DNA from: Eledone cirrhosa
Lineage: Eukaryota
DNA length: 64,000 bases
Direction: 5' to 3'
Assembly (NCBI GenBank): GCA_964016885.1
Contig: OZ024740.1
Coordinates: forward strand, 25,916,001-25,980,000
The position numbers were made by a program, and so were the translations under genes. Shown in pieces: positions 1 through 12,849 of this stretch (position 1 is the stretch's first letter; every line of letters begins with the position of its first letter). The notes below the pieces were generated by a model. The model was not told where the DNA came from and did not search any database. It was given only the letters and a program-made list of their open reading frames with translations.

Positions 1-162
1 TTACTTTGGTATTGTATGGTTGTGTTTTGCCTACCGCAATGTTCAATTTGTCAAGCTATTTAAACGTGTGTTATTACTCTAAGGACCTATCCTGATTGAG
101 TGCTTTATTAACTCATTCCTATTGTAGGTCGACTTTCCTTGGCCACAGCCAAAGCTACCACT

Positions 163-223
<61 letters not shown>

Positions 224-229
<6 letters not shown>

Positions 230-416
230 TTATCCCAGGTTCAATCGGGGGTAACTACAGTAAGTAAGGTACTCAATACATAGTAGAGTATAAATATCTA
301 ATATAGAAATAGCTTCTACAGGCTTAGACCTGTTTCATTCCAGAGAGACCGTCAGGAAGCCCTGATGATTTCTCCCGAATAAAACAGTTCTAGTCCCGTA
401 GAAGCCATTTCTATAT

Positions 417-421
<5 letters not shown>
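224..421. mobile_element. Non-autonomous PLE-type terminal fragment, HHR family A, head-to-head inverted copy in (TA)n
   Basis: Minus arm 312-360 reads gcttc-CTGACGG...GAAACAG..CTGTA-gaagc; plus arm 362-406 reads CTGATGA-tttctcccgaat-AAAACAG..GTA-gaagcc. The tail (gtattgagtacc...gggataaactt) recurs at 12.6, 14.9, 48.2 and 48.5 kb. Flanked by (TA)n. Confidence 0.75.
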
Positions 422-470
<49 letters not shown>

Positions 471-474
<4 letters not shown>

Positions 475-933
475 TAAACGGAATAGAAAATGCTGACAAA
501 TTGTTCACAGTTGAAAAATGGTTTAATTAGGAATAAAAGAGTATTAGTGATTGTATGGGTTAGTATTCAGTTGTGGTTTTAAGTTTTTAAGTTTTTACCG
601 GTTGCGCATTTCTAAATGCTTTTCAAAAATAATTTTGAGATAGAGTGTCCGTGTTGTTTGCTCTGGTCTGATTAGTTTGGGGAATTCTACCTGTTTTTAT
701 GTTAAAAAAGTGGCTCCAGCGTTACTTTGGTGTTGCAAAAATTCTTGTGGTCAAAACAATTTTGATTGGTCGGTAGAGGTCATGTGAATGTAAAAAATTG
801 ATTTTGCGCCAAGACTGTTTTTATGTTAAAAAAGTGGCTCCAGCGCTACTTGGTGTTTGCAAAAATTCTTGTGGTCAAAACAATTTTGATTGGTCGGTAG
901 ATGTCATGTGAATAAAAAATTGGTTTTGCGCCA
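471..933 (-). repeat. Left inverted pLTR (463 bp) containing an internal ~122-bp tandem duplication
   Basis: Reverse complement of 3683-4145; the unit tggcgcaaaa...cataaaaacag occurs twice. Confidence 0.95.
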
Positions 934-2934
934 CGAATTCTGTGAACACATCACAAACTTCCCTTACCAACACTTGCACAGACAAAAACACAAGCCAAAC
1001 CTCAACAAGAAAGAATGGGAAGAATTAAATAGATTAAAAACCGACAGAACCATTACAATTAAAGAGGCTGATAAAGGGAGTACAGTAGTCCTAATGGAGA
1101 CAGAATTCTATATCAACTTAGCGCTCTCCACTTTGGAAAACGAAACATACTACGAAAAGGCTGAACACTACAATCAACAGAAAATTATGAGAAACCTAAA
1201 AACTCTAATCAGCCAATACAAAGAAGGACTCACTAACAAGGAATTCAGCTTCATCACAGACTTCACAAGTAAATACAGCCTTTTCTACGGTATCCCTAAA
1301 GTACATAAAAGCGAATCAATAAGTAAGGCATGCAAGGAAGCCACAGACATAGTCATCAATGTCCCCTCACCCAATGATCTCAAATTAAGACCTATAATAG
1401 CAGGCCCCGCTTGCGAAACGCGCCGTCTTAGCAACTTCATTGACACCCTTCTCAAACCCTTCCTCAAGAACATCAAAAGCTATATAAGGGACGACCTAGA
1501 TATGCTCAATCACCTCCCTAATATGCCACTTTCTGAACAAACCCTACTAGTGACGTTCGATGTAGTCAAACTATACTCCAACATCCCCCACAACCTAGGA
1601 ATAGAAGCTATCCAATTCTGGCTGGATAATTTCCACAATGAACTCCCACAACGCATCAAAAAAGAATTCGTGATAGAGGGACTCAAATTTATCTTGGAGA
1701 ACAATTACTTCGTTTTCAATAACAAACCCTACAGGCAGAAATCTGGGACTGCTATAGGAACGAAAACAGCCCCCACTTATGCCAACCTAGTCATGGGATA
1801 CCTGGAAATCACCCTCTACACTAAAGTCCTAAACAAATTTGGAAACACCCTCCACTTACACATTGAAAGGAACTGGAAGCGATATCTAGATGACTGCTTC
1901 ATCCTTTGGCACGAAAACATCGAAAAACTTAAAGAATTTCACACCCTTATAAATGGGCTCAACATGAATATTAACTTCACGATGGAATACAGCCATCAAC
2001 AACTCCCCTTCCTCGACATCCTCATTAAGATCCATAACAAAAAATAGAAACAGACATATACTACAAGCCCACAGACTCCAAGCAATATCTCCCCTTCAAC
2101 TCTTGCCACCCTAGACACGTTAAAATGAATATTCCCTACAAGAGAATCTGTACTATAGTCTCCAATAAAAACATCTGCTACTTACGGCTACAAGAACTAA
2201 AGGACACACTCATAGGCAGGGACTACCCTGCATCACTAATTGACAATGGAATCCAACGTGTCCTAAAACTTAGTACCCAGGACCTTAGACACCCTAAAGT
2301 AAATCAACCGAAACTAAAAGCTCTTCCATACATCTCCACACACAACCCCCTCAACAATGAGGCCTTTGACACCATCCTCCAGAACATCCCTGTTTTGAAA
2401 AAGGACCATAGAATGAACCAAATTCTACGAACACACGATACCATAAAGAGCAAAAGACAATCCAAGTCAATGAAAAACATCCTAACACATGCCAAAGTAC
2501 TGCCAACCACAACAACGAAACCCACAGTAAAAAAATGCGACAGACCCAACTGTGGCATTTGCATCAACCTAATAGAGGGTTCGGAATTCTATTTCAAAGA
2601 TGGACAACGTTTTATAGTAAAACACAATTTCACATGTGCATCGGAAAATCTAATATATGTATTAACTTGTTCAGGTTGTCGAAAACAATACATAGGCCAG
2701 ACCAAAAACAGCCTCCGCCAACGCATGACTGTCCATAGATCCCAAATTAAAATACGGGAATATAGGAAAATACCACTGAGTGAACACATTGATACCTGTG
2801 CCGCCCCAAATCATCCCAACTTCAGAATCTTTCCCCTCTACAAATTTAAAGATAATGCCACGCACACCCAGCGCATCAGCAAGGAATCTTACTTCATTAA
2901 TAAATACGGACCCCGTCTAAACACTTCTCCCTAA
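934..2934 (+). pseudogene. PLE polyprotein: reverse transcriptase plus GIY-YIG endonuclease, frameshifted near 2040
   Basis: Motifs ADKGSTVV, FYGIPKVHK, LRPII, FDVVKLYSNIP, GTAIGTKTAPTYANL, WKRYLDD and LPFLD. After the frameshift: ETDIYYKPTDSKQYL..SCHP, Cys linker CDRPNCGIC, and NLIYVLTCSGCRKQYIGQT..LRQRMTVH..E..FI...LN. The first ~15 aa of ORF 890 come from the inverted pLTR. Confidence 0.93.
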
Positions 2935-3062
2935 GACAAACCCACAACATACACACGTCAACATACATACCTACATCAGCACACATCTCTACCCACATAT
3001 AAACACAATGACATACGTAAACACACATGCTCTATGGTGCAACACAAAAAAATATATGTGTA

Positions 3063-3124
<62 letters not shown>

Positions 3125-3472
3125 GTGAATATATGTATGTATATATATATATATAGTGAATATCATTTCACACCTTTTATTTTAAAGATTTTTGATGTTC
3201 TATTAAGAGAACCGATTTTACTGAAAAAATCGAATAATGTACACCATTTTACCAGGGGGAGAAACATACTGGTCCCCCCCCCCCCCACACACACACATAT
3301 ATATACACACACATACACACGCGTACATTAACATACAAAGAGACTTATACACACACACGCACTTCTCCGTATAAGACAAAAGCTGAAAAATATCTTTTGA
3401 CATGCTAAAATACCCCCCATTGCTTTCAGACACATTCTTACTGACCATCCCTGCTACCACGAATTACTCTGC

Positions 3473-3547
<75 letters not shown>

Positions 3548-3614
3548 CTTAATAGCCATTTGACACACATCCCTGCTAACCATTATCACAACATCGAACA
3601 CCTTACTACTACTA

Positions 3615-3654
<40 letters not shown>

Positions 3655-3682
3655 TTGTTGTGAAAGAGTCATTTCTCAATCT

Positions 3683-4145
3683 TGGCGCAAAACCAATTTT
3701 TTATTCACATGACCTCTACCGACCAATCAAAATTGTTTTGACCACAAGAATTTTTGCAAACACCAAGTAGCGCTGGAGCCACTTTTTTAACATAAAAACA
3801 GACTTGGCGCAAAATCAATTTTTTACATTCACATGACCTCTACCGACCAATCAAAATTGTTTTGACCACAAGAATTTTTGCAACACCAAAGTAACGCTGG
3901 AGCCACTTTTTTAACATAAAAACAGGTAGAATTCCCCAAACTAATCAGATCAGAGCAAACAACACGGACACTCTATCTCAAAATTATGTTTGAAAAGCAT
4001 TTAGAAATGCGCAACCGGTAAAAACTTAAAAACTTAAAACCACAACTGAATACTAACCCATACAATCACTAATACTCTTTTATTCCTAATTAAACCATTT
4101 TTCAACTGTGAACAATTTGTCAGCATTTTCTATTCCGTTTACCAA
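3683..4145 (+). repeat. Right pLTR (463 bp)
   Basis: Matches 471-933 inverted; the 3' part also matches 6280-6505. Confidence 0.95.
3986..4025 (+). ncRNA. Variant minimal hammerhead-like motif, family B (TTGAAAA core, GCAA, CCGG loop)
   Basis: TTGAAAA-GCATT-taga-AATGC-GCAA-CCGG-TA-aaaa. Also on the minus strand at ~592-630 and at 6316-6352. Stem I is weak. Confidence 0.5.
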
Positions 4146-4194
4146 TATATAATAACTTGTGTGTTACACCTCTATTCTTTTAACTATATATATA

Positions 4195-4257
<63 letters not shown>

Positions 4258-4260
<3 letters not shown>

Positions 4261-5397
4261 TTAAAACAATGAAAAAAAAATCAAATCATTAGAGATATAC
4301 TTCACTGCTTTCTGATCGTTTCTAGATGGTGATAATACATTGTATCTATACTCAGTTATTGATCTATGTCAGTTTACAAACTATTAGATAGAGAGAATAT
4401 TTACTTACATGCATATAACCAGCTGCTTTCAAAAGCAATAATAATTTTATTCAATAATAATTTTACTCAGAATTAGTATCATATCCATATTTGGAGGTAG
4501 TTGAAGAACTAACGAATCAAATTGTTTTTTTTTTCATATGGTGTTAAGATGAAAAGTAATACACTTTAGTTGAGGTCGTCACTCTTTGAAAGGAATGGTT
4601 GACAGATGTTAGTAGAAATGGCATAAAAATCTATTAGGAAGGAAGGGGATTGTCAAACTGATAGTTGAATGTATCTTGTACAGTGAATTAAAAGGAATGT
4701 CTAAATAAATGGTGATTAGTGTTGTATTGAGTTTTAAGGTGAATATAAATTAGTGTTATGGCTAGGAAAGATAGTATATTAAAAGATGAAAATTATAATA
4801 AGATAATGTGATATAGTAATGCGATAATATACAACTTACCCAACAGAATATAGTACGGAGTGGTAAATTGCACTCAGTATAATATAACATATACGCTCTA
4901 AAATATGACTAAGTATGTTTATGTATAAACAATCAAACTCGGATAAGTACATGTTGGTATAGTTAAAACACATAAATTTCATAGTCTTTAAAGTGCATAT
5001 ATTCACACCACATATAGAGAGAAGTACAGTTATATTGATATCTAACCAAAATATACACACGTGCAAATAGATGCAAACCTAAATACACATCCACACGCAT
5101 GCATATAATCATATATATACATATCCATACATATCTATATCCACACATACACATCTTACATAGATCAATAACTGAGTATAGATACAATGTATTATCACCA
5201 TCTAGAAACGACCGTAAAGCAGTGAAGTATATCTCTAATGACTTGATTTTTTATTTCATTGTTTTAACTTATATCAGGACTCTGTTTTCCTTTTAATGTT
5301 TTATTGTTTTCTGAGATTTATCTTAACCTACATTTTCAACATATGGATTACATTGAGTTCTTCATACAGAATAGACCCACAAATTACAGTGGATACC

Positions 5398-5400
<3 letters not shown>
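4258..5400. mobile_element. PLE-type remnant, HHR family E, inverted arms 4258-4369 and 5158-5270
   Basis: Arms are reverse complements; tail 5270-5400 matches 61915-62040; flanked by (TA)n. Confidence 0.75.
4304..4439 (-). ncRNA. Degenerate type I hammerhead, family E (long loop II)
   Basis: ATTGCTT-TTGAAAG-cagctggttata...tatcaccatcta-GAAAC-GATC-AGA-AAGCAGT; the cleavage triplet is mutated relative to the 61.7-kb copy. Confidence 0.55.
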
Positions 5401-5464
<64 letters not shown>

Positions 5465-6081
5465 CATTCTCTTTCTCTCTCTTTCTCCTGATATATATGT
5501 ATATGTATGCCTGTGTGTATGCATGTATGTATGCGCCTATGTATATATGTATGTATGAATATATGTATATATGTAAGTATATATGTACGTATATATGTAT
5601 ATATGAATGTATGCATACAAGTATCAACTTATGTATGTATGATATATTCATGTGATGAAATATTTCACACGTGTTTACAGTAATTACTGTTATATACACC
5701 ATTAACCAACACATACTACAGTAACCAGACGCACATGCTCATATGCACGCGCGCACACACACATACACACTCACACACACACTCAGATGCACACACACAC
5801 AAACGTACTAACACATACACGTACTCTCTCTCTCACACACACACTCACACACACAGACATATATATATACATGAGCGTGTGTGTGGATAATGAAATAATT
5901 AACACTCCTAAACTTTTTTATAAATCCATATATTTACATAAATTCATATGTATGATACATTATACATACATATTTATATACTAAATATTTAAAACGAAAT
6001 TCATTCCAACACATACATATAGAGACACGTGTATATTTTCAACTTCAAAGTAAAGATCAAATAATATGTATATTACCTTCA

Positions 6082-6186
6082 AACAAATTCTGATTATTAT
6101 TTGATATATATTAGCTATTATAGATTGTACATGAGGTCAGTCAGGAAACAGATGGTAGAGAATCGGTGAAACTTGTAGAATTTGTT
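6082..6186 (+). ncRNA. Degenerate hammerhead-like motif
   Basis: Perfect 9-bp stem I (AACAAATTC/GAATTTGTT) enclosing TGATTA...GAAAC-TT-GTA; the 5' core is decayed. Confidence 0.4.
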
Positions 6187-6206
6187 GCAATGCCGCTACT
6201 GGGAGT

Positions 6207-6505
6207 CGGTTGCGCATTTCTAATGCTTTTCAAAAATAATTTTGAGATAGAGTGCTCGTGATTTTTGCTCTAATCAGATAAGAGCAAAAATCACGAGCAC
6301 TCTATCTCAAAATTATTTTTGAAAAGCATAAGAAATGCGCAACCGGTAAAAACTTAAAATTAAAACTGAATACTGACTAATACTTATTACTAATTTATAC
6401 TTATTCCTAATTAAACTATTTTTCACTGGGAAAAATTCGTCAGCATTTTCTTTTCCTTTTTATTAATATATCACAACTCGTGTGTCACACCTCTATTTTT
6501 TTAGA
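6207..6505 (+). mobile_element. Solo pLTR fragment of the family B PLE with an inverted 5' copy
   Basis: Palindrome 6207-6345; 6280-6505 is homologous to 3950-4185 and ends in (TA)n. Confidence 0.85.
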
Positions 6506-6765
6506 ATATATATATATATATATAAATAGCTTCGACCACATATACGTTACCTCTAGTTATTATACGATAAATTATATCAATATACCGTGAATATCACTGA
6601 TTTGTTTTGCAATACAATTTGTATAGTGTTGTGAATCATGCATGCAAAATATAACTCAGAATTTATTACGAACCCAGACGTAATATAGTAGACACAAATT
6701 ATTTCGTAGGTCTCCTGTATTTCATCTCATATTCTACGTGATATTGTCTTTGGATGGTGCTAATA

Positions 6766-7368
6766 CCATGTTTCCCCGATTATAAGCCATGGCTTATATT
6801 AATTTTTACTCCGAAATGTACAACTACGGCTTATTTTCGGGGGAGGGGTTCATATATCGAAAAAAACGACACTGCGAAACTGAAAATTACAAATTCGCTA
6901 AATGATTGGAAATTACGAAAAATCAATCGGCATTTACACGCAACGTTTACTTAAAAGATCAAATTTATTAAAAAATAACACACCCTTTAATTCAAAAACT
7001 CATAAGCGAAATAATCCACTAATTTATTCAAAAATAATCATGTGATCCTGCTCTGGTATGTCATTGTTTTCAAAATCAGTGGATTGAATGATTCCTGTGG
7101 AATTTTCTTGTGACTCAATTGCCTGCAGAATTTTCGTCCCTAGTCTTTCAAGTTGAGCGATAGAGGTCGAATTGAATGGAGAGTTCTTATCCAGATAACC
7201 TGCTCGTAGTGCATTCATAACACAGCTATTTGTGATTTTGTTCCATGAATTTCCCACCCAAGTCACGATCACTTGAAGTCTGGGCTTCACGAAATTTCCC
7301 CACTCATTTCTCACCATTCTGTTTTCGATGTAGTCATTTATTTCCATGCACAGATGGTCCTTGAAAGG
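6766..7368 (-). mobile_element. pogo/Tigger-like DNA transposon 3' fragment (C-terminus of DDE transposase plus right TIR)
   Basis: ORF 7024-7380(-) reads PFKDHL...KPRLQVIVTWVGNSWNKITNSCVMNALRAGY, typical of the pogo DDE_1 C-terminus. The end TA|CCATGTTTCCCCGATTATAAG resembles pogo TIRs. Confidence 0.7.
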
Positions 7369-8350
7369 TTCCAGTTCCAAGCGTTAGGCGATATAATACT
7401 ATGTTTCCAAAATATACACCCAGAGGATTTCTCCACATAGTCAGTCTGCAATAAATACCTTAAATCTAAAATAAAGAAAAGTGCGATGAGGTGAAGCAGA
7501 GTAGGGTACATGTACTGACGGCACTCCAGTGAAGAAAGTGAAAATAAGACAGGTCCGCAATATCTGCTATCTCCCAAAGTCCTCACGTTCGGTCACGCAA
7601 CCCATCGTCCCAAGTGAAATAAGCTGTATCGCCGAGTTGGCATCGAACTAAAGTGCCATACCATATGCAAATATACTACAGTAAACCCCTCTTGGGTCGG
7701 CTGGAAGTCAATATCAACGGTCGCACACTGCCGACCCAGGAGGGGTTATAACCGACTGTGAAAGGATTGCTACCTCCGGATTCAGTAGTCTACAGGAAAA
7801 CCACGTGGCAGACTTGTAAACATCGTAGTTGTCATTAACAGTTTTAGCCATGAGTTTACTATATATTCTACAGTATCTGCACACAACAGTAATCTTGCAC
7901 TCACTCTAATAAACCCGCTTATTAATGTAACCATAATTGCTTTTCCTTCACTCTGCCATAGGTAATTCCGTAAGCGGAGTTTTCTATATACGCTTTCTGT
8001 CTACGAGACTGACTAACCATCACGAATAGCATTTACTGTAGTATATTTGCATATGGTATGGTACTTTAGTTCGATGGCAACTCGGCGATACAGCTTATTT
8101 CACTTGGGACGATGGGTTGCGTGACCGAACGTGAGGACTTTGGGAGATAGCAGATATTGCAGACCTGTCTTATTTTCATTTTATTCACTGGAGTGCCGGC
8201 TGTACATGTACCCTACTCTACTTCACCTCAACGTAGTTTTCTTTATTTTATATTTAAGGTGTTTATTGCAGACTGACTATGTGGAGAAATCCTCAGGGTG
8301 TATATTTTGGAAACATAGTATTATATCGCCTAACGCTTGGAACTGGAACC
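7367..8350. mobile_element. Foldback/MITE-like element with ~319-bp inverted repeats
   Basis: 7367-7685 is the reverse complement of 8032-8350; this explains the twin ORFs 7338(-) and 8131(+). Confidence 0.8.
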
Positions 8351-9001
8351 AATGGATGGAAGGTGTTGGTATGATATGGCGAAATCGACCTGTTACAAGG
8401 CGATATAACTGGAGTACACCATCCTTCCTATAGACAATCCTACATGTAAAACTACACCACAGCCAACCAACTTTTCTTTTCACTGACTCATGCTTGCAAG
8501 CTTTCATTTTCTGCCTGTATATCCTGTATTTGCACTGCTTGTGAATTGATGTGTCTATGATTTGTTTAGTTTTTTTGTTGTGTTTTGATCATGCTGGGTA
8601 ACACCGTCACTTCTTGTTATCCTCTCTCAACCTCCTTATCATCTATTGCACCATTTATGTGATAAATTTTGATGTAACATTTTTTATGACATTTTATGAC
8701 ATTATATGCGTCATGTATATAGTGTTTTTTCTATAGAGTGCTTTATCCTTGTTCTGGTGACTGGGCTTGGTGGAGCCTGCAATCTCTGATATATTTTTGT
8801 TTATAAGCTCTGATGATACCTGCCATAGGGTATGGATAACACACTGTCAGCAAATAAAACACTGTATTTCTAAGCACTATTTGGTTATTCCGAAACTTAT
8901 AATGGCTCTGTAGTATACTAGTTATCCTACATTTAGCTAAAACAACACTGTCATACCAAGGGCAATATATCTGTGTGTCTGTCACATTAATATACTTGTC
9001 A

Positions 9002-9300
<299 letters not shown>

Positions 9301-10232
9301 AATTAGAAAGTAAATAGTGGTAACAGGAAGGATCGGGGGGGAAAATGAGAAAAAAGAAATGGGGAGCAAAAGAATCCACGTACTTATTCAGTCGACCATG
9401 TGTATATATCTACATATATAAATCTCATGTGTTTAAGTGTCAGTGTATTAATTTCAGTAACACTCTCATGAACTTCATAATTTCTCTGGCTTCTTTCTTC
9501 TCTTCTATTCTCTGTTTATATATGTGTATTTCTACCATATCTTATCATACGTTGGCAAATTCAACCTCTTCATCGTATTTGCCATCTTCACTGTAAACGC
9601 CTCTAATTTCCCGTAATGATTTTCTTGTTTCTAAAATATTTGTATTAATTTGCTGCCATTTTGGTGCAATCTCAGTTATTTATTCTTCTTTTAGTGCGTT
9701 TTCTTCGATATATATCACAACAATTTTCTCTACTCCGGAAGTATTTCCGTAAATTCTCCTGTAAAAATATAATCATTGAATGCGTGATTTTCTTTGCTGC
9801 ATTCTGAATTATATTGCCAATTTTCTTGTCATTCTGTCTAGACTAATTACAATCGCCGAACATAGGATTGGTTCCATTAAATCGTACCAATTCTGAGTTT
9901 ATTTATAGAAATGATAGAAGCAAACATATTTTTCCTGAACATTTAGATCGGTGTTGAATGCTGCTATAATATGGCAGAAAGGCAGTTATGTGATTTTCGT
10001 TTTCCATTATATTCCTTGATATCCTGCCATAACATTTATAAAGACTGAATATGCGTTAGTTCATTCAAAGGAGAGTAAAAATTATCAATAGAAAAAATAG
10101 TGTAAAATAGTAAGCCATTGTAGCTGTAACTTCACCATTACGACTCAATATTTCAGCTTTCTTATCGTCAGTTACTATAGAATAAACATTTGAAATACAC
10201 TTATATACGTGAGTTTAAACAAACTATATTTG

Positions 10233-10280
<48 letters not shown>

Positions 10281-10476
10281 CACCTTGATTACCTTGACCG
10301 ACCCGTCTGTCGGGCGTCCATTCAGCGCCGCTAGTCACAGCCCGCCGTCCACACCTCTCTGGGTCGTGCTTTCATCATCCATGTATTCCCAATCATATTT
10401 TTAAATCGTAACTCTCCCCTCGTGGAGGCCTTCCGAGTGGTCGTTTCCGCTCGCGCGGGTACCACTCGGCAGCTGC

Positions 10477-10478
<2 letters not shown>
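10281..10478 (-). mobile_element. RTE-clade LINE 3' end
   Basis: Minus translation AAEWYPRERKRPLGRPPR...GNTWMMKARPREVW, a typical RTE C-terminus, followed by a short repeated tail (caaggtaatcaaggtg); in (TA)n. Confidence 0.7.
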
Positions 10479-10521
<43 letters not shown>

Positions 10522-10528
<7 letters not shown>

Positions 10529-11517
10529 GTTTACATATACATAAAGTTATAGATATATATGCTGCAACCGGTCACTTTTAGGCTCTATGAAGAATTAATA
10601 AATTAAATAATCAGAGCAATATATCATAAATCATGTCCTTAGAATTATTAGATAAAATATATAACATTTCCTCTTCCAATTAGCATAATTAACCATATAA
10701 AAAATCAATTAGACCAAGCTATAAGAAGAAAGGCTCTTATGAAGAAATCTCCGACAAATAACCGAAAGTTTTGATTTTTTATATAGTTAATTATGCTAAT
10801 TGGAAGAGGAAATGTTATATATTTTATCTAATAATTCTAAGGACATGATTTATGATATATTGCTCTGATTATTTAATTTATTAATTCTTCATAGAGCCTA
10901 AAAATGACCGGTTGCAGCATATATATCTATAACTTTATGTATTTGTAAACCTTTATATTTAATAATCTGCCGTTAGGTTGAGATTCAATTTGGCGATATT
11001 TGGCTGCGCCTTTCTAGCAACAAGCCTACCCGCCGTAAGCAACCAATCACATTCTTTCTAGCTTGACCACAGCCACATAGCGATTCTTAGCCATTTTTTA
11101 ATCTAATTTTGGCGCTATCAAGTTGGAAAACTAAATGTCTGATTTTGAGTTTGTCTCCTGATGAATCCTAACTCAAGACACTCCTATTAATTGGATGTCT
11201 AAAAATACGGATAAAACCATGGTAGAGATATAATTACGGTATGTACACATTTCTTCTAAGTTTAATTTAACACCTAATTGTGTATGGTTGATGGTATATT
11301 TAGTCAGTTTCTACATGCTGTCGAAATGTTGGATGAATACTCTATTGGGGCCACCGCGAAGAGGCCACTTTCGGTTATTTGTCGGAGATTTCTTCATAAG
11401 AGCCTTTCTTCTTATAGCTTGGTCTAATTGATTTTTTATATGGTTAATTATGCTAATTGGAAGAGGAAATGTTATATATTTTATCTAATAATTCTAAGGA
11501 CATGATTTATGATATAT
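10522..11517 (+). mobile_element. Non-coding HHR-bearing element (family F): 657-bp unit with 90-bp direct repeat and inverted 5' segment
   Basis: Direct repeat 10771-10860 = 11428-11517. 10522-10769 is the reverse complement of 11367-11427 joined to 10771-10957. HHR at 11154-11228. Confidence 0.8.
11154..11228 (+). ncRNA. Minimal type I hammerhead (family F), G12A-mutated
   Basis: TCTC-CTGATGA-ATCC...GGAT-AAAAC-CATG-GTA-GAGA: stems I and II pair, palindromic loop III (CATG), GUA triplet. Confidence 0.7.
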
Positions 11518-11540
11518 ATATTAATATATATATATATATA

Positions 11541-11594
<54 letters not shown>

Positions 11595-11744
11595 GTCTTC
11601 AATTTTATTATTATCACTATATATATATACATGTATATATATATATATACATGTATATATATATATATATATATGTATACATGTATATGTATATATATAT
11701 ATATAAAGTGAGGTTTTTTTTACAATGGCCATTTATCAATGCCA

Positions 11745-11810
<66 letters not shown>

Positions 11811-11866
11811 TAAACGGACGGTATATATATATACTGGCATTGATAAATATCCTGGGTCCGTCAACT

Positions 11867-11929
<63 letters not shown>

Positions 11930-11934
11930 TATGA

Positions 11935-12445
11935 TGTCTGCCCCCTCGTTATCGAGTATGCCCATTGCACGATATACCATTATTAATAATTATTAATTAA
12001 TTCTAACGTGCAATGCCTGTGCGTGAAGATTTTTCTAAAGTGAGGCAAGACTGAGCACTGAGCCAATCCCACTCTCTGAGCGACAGTAGCTATAACTCGA
12101 AAAGAAGAAAAGATCAACATCATCGGTAACTACTGAGCCGCAGGTTTTATATCGGTGTTATCCCAGTTTCCTGAGTTGCCTTCTCCTAGAAGAATGCCCT
12201 GACAAAAACTAGGGGTCCTTCACTCCCAGTGGTTTAACCGCGCGGTACCTGTGTATATATATATTTACACACTTTCGGATGGCCATTGACTCTCATGAGT
12301 GCTTCCGCCCTTTTCAGGTTTTGTTTTTTGTACTGTAGGGTGTCCAAAACTTGGTGGGGTTGCCGGTTTATTCGCCGACGACCCGACCATGCGACAGGTT
12401 GTACTGTGTTACATGTTACCGGTACCACTCAAGAGTGAGCCGACA
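11935..12445 (-). mobile_element. Probable RTE-type LINE 5' region, degenerate
   Basis: GC-richer island between (TA)n tracts with gttgccttctcctaga and caggttgtactgtgttacatgttacc motifs recalled from RTE 5' regions; no ORF. Confidence 0.35.
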
Positions 12446-12501
12446 TATACATACATACCCCCACCCTACCAACACACACACATATATATATATATATATA
12501 T

Positions 12502-12665
12502 TTAATATAGAAAGACTTCTACAGGTCTAGAACTGTTTTATTGATTTCTACCGAATGAAACAGTTCTGGATCCGTAGAAGCCTTTCTATATTAAATATTT
12601 ATACTCTGCTCTGTATTGAGTACCTTATTTACTGTGGTTACCCCCGATTGAACCCGGGATAAACT

Positions 12666-12667
<2 letters not shown>
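12502..12667 (+). mobile_element. HHR family A fragment with inverted 5' copy
   Basis: Palindrome 12502-12596 centred in the HHR stem II region, plus the family A tail ending in (TA)n. Confidence 0.75.
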
Positions 12668-12699
<32 letters not shown>

Positions 12700-12709
12700 C
12701 ATACACACA

Positions 12710-12849
<140 letters not shown>

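Larger units (their letters stand above)
471..4185 (+). mobile_element. Penelope-like retroelement (Neptune-like), 5'-truncated, with inverted pLTRs
   Basis: RT plus GIY-YIG coding region. 471-933 is a near-perfect reverse complement of 3683-4145. A ~40-nt tail (4146-4185) is present only on the right copy. (TA)n on both sides. Confidence 0.92.

Noticed and set aside
890-933. N-terminus of the 385-aa ORF as the true PLE start
   Set aside because: It is read from the inverted pLTR; the element is 5'-truncated at ~934.
8351-8998. Possible decayed Gypsy-like or other coding remnant on the minus strand
   Set aside because: Multiple stops and only vague similarity; not callable by eye.
9560-10130. 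Possible N-terminal region of a PLE ORF on the minus strand
   Set aside because: Too degenerate; only suggestive residues.
11350-11405. Minus-strand ATGAAGA...CCGAAAG motif as an extra hammerhead
   Set aside because: Positions 3 and 8 cannot pair, and stems I and II do not form.
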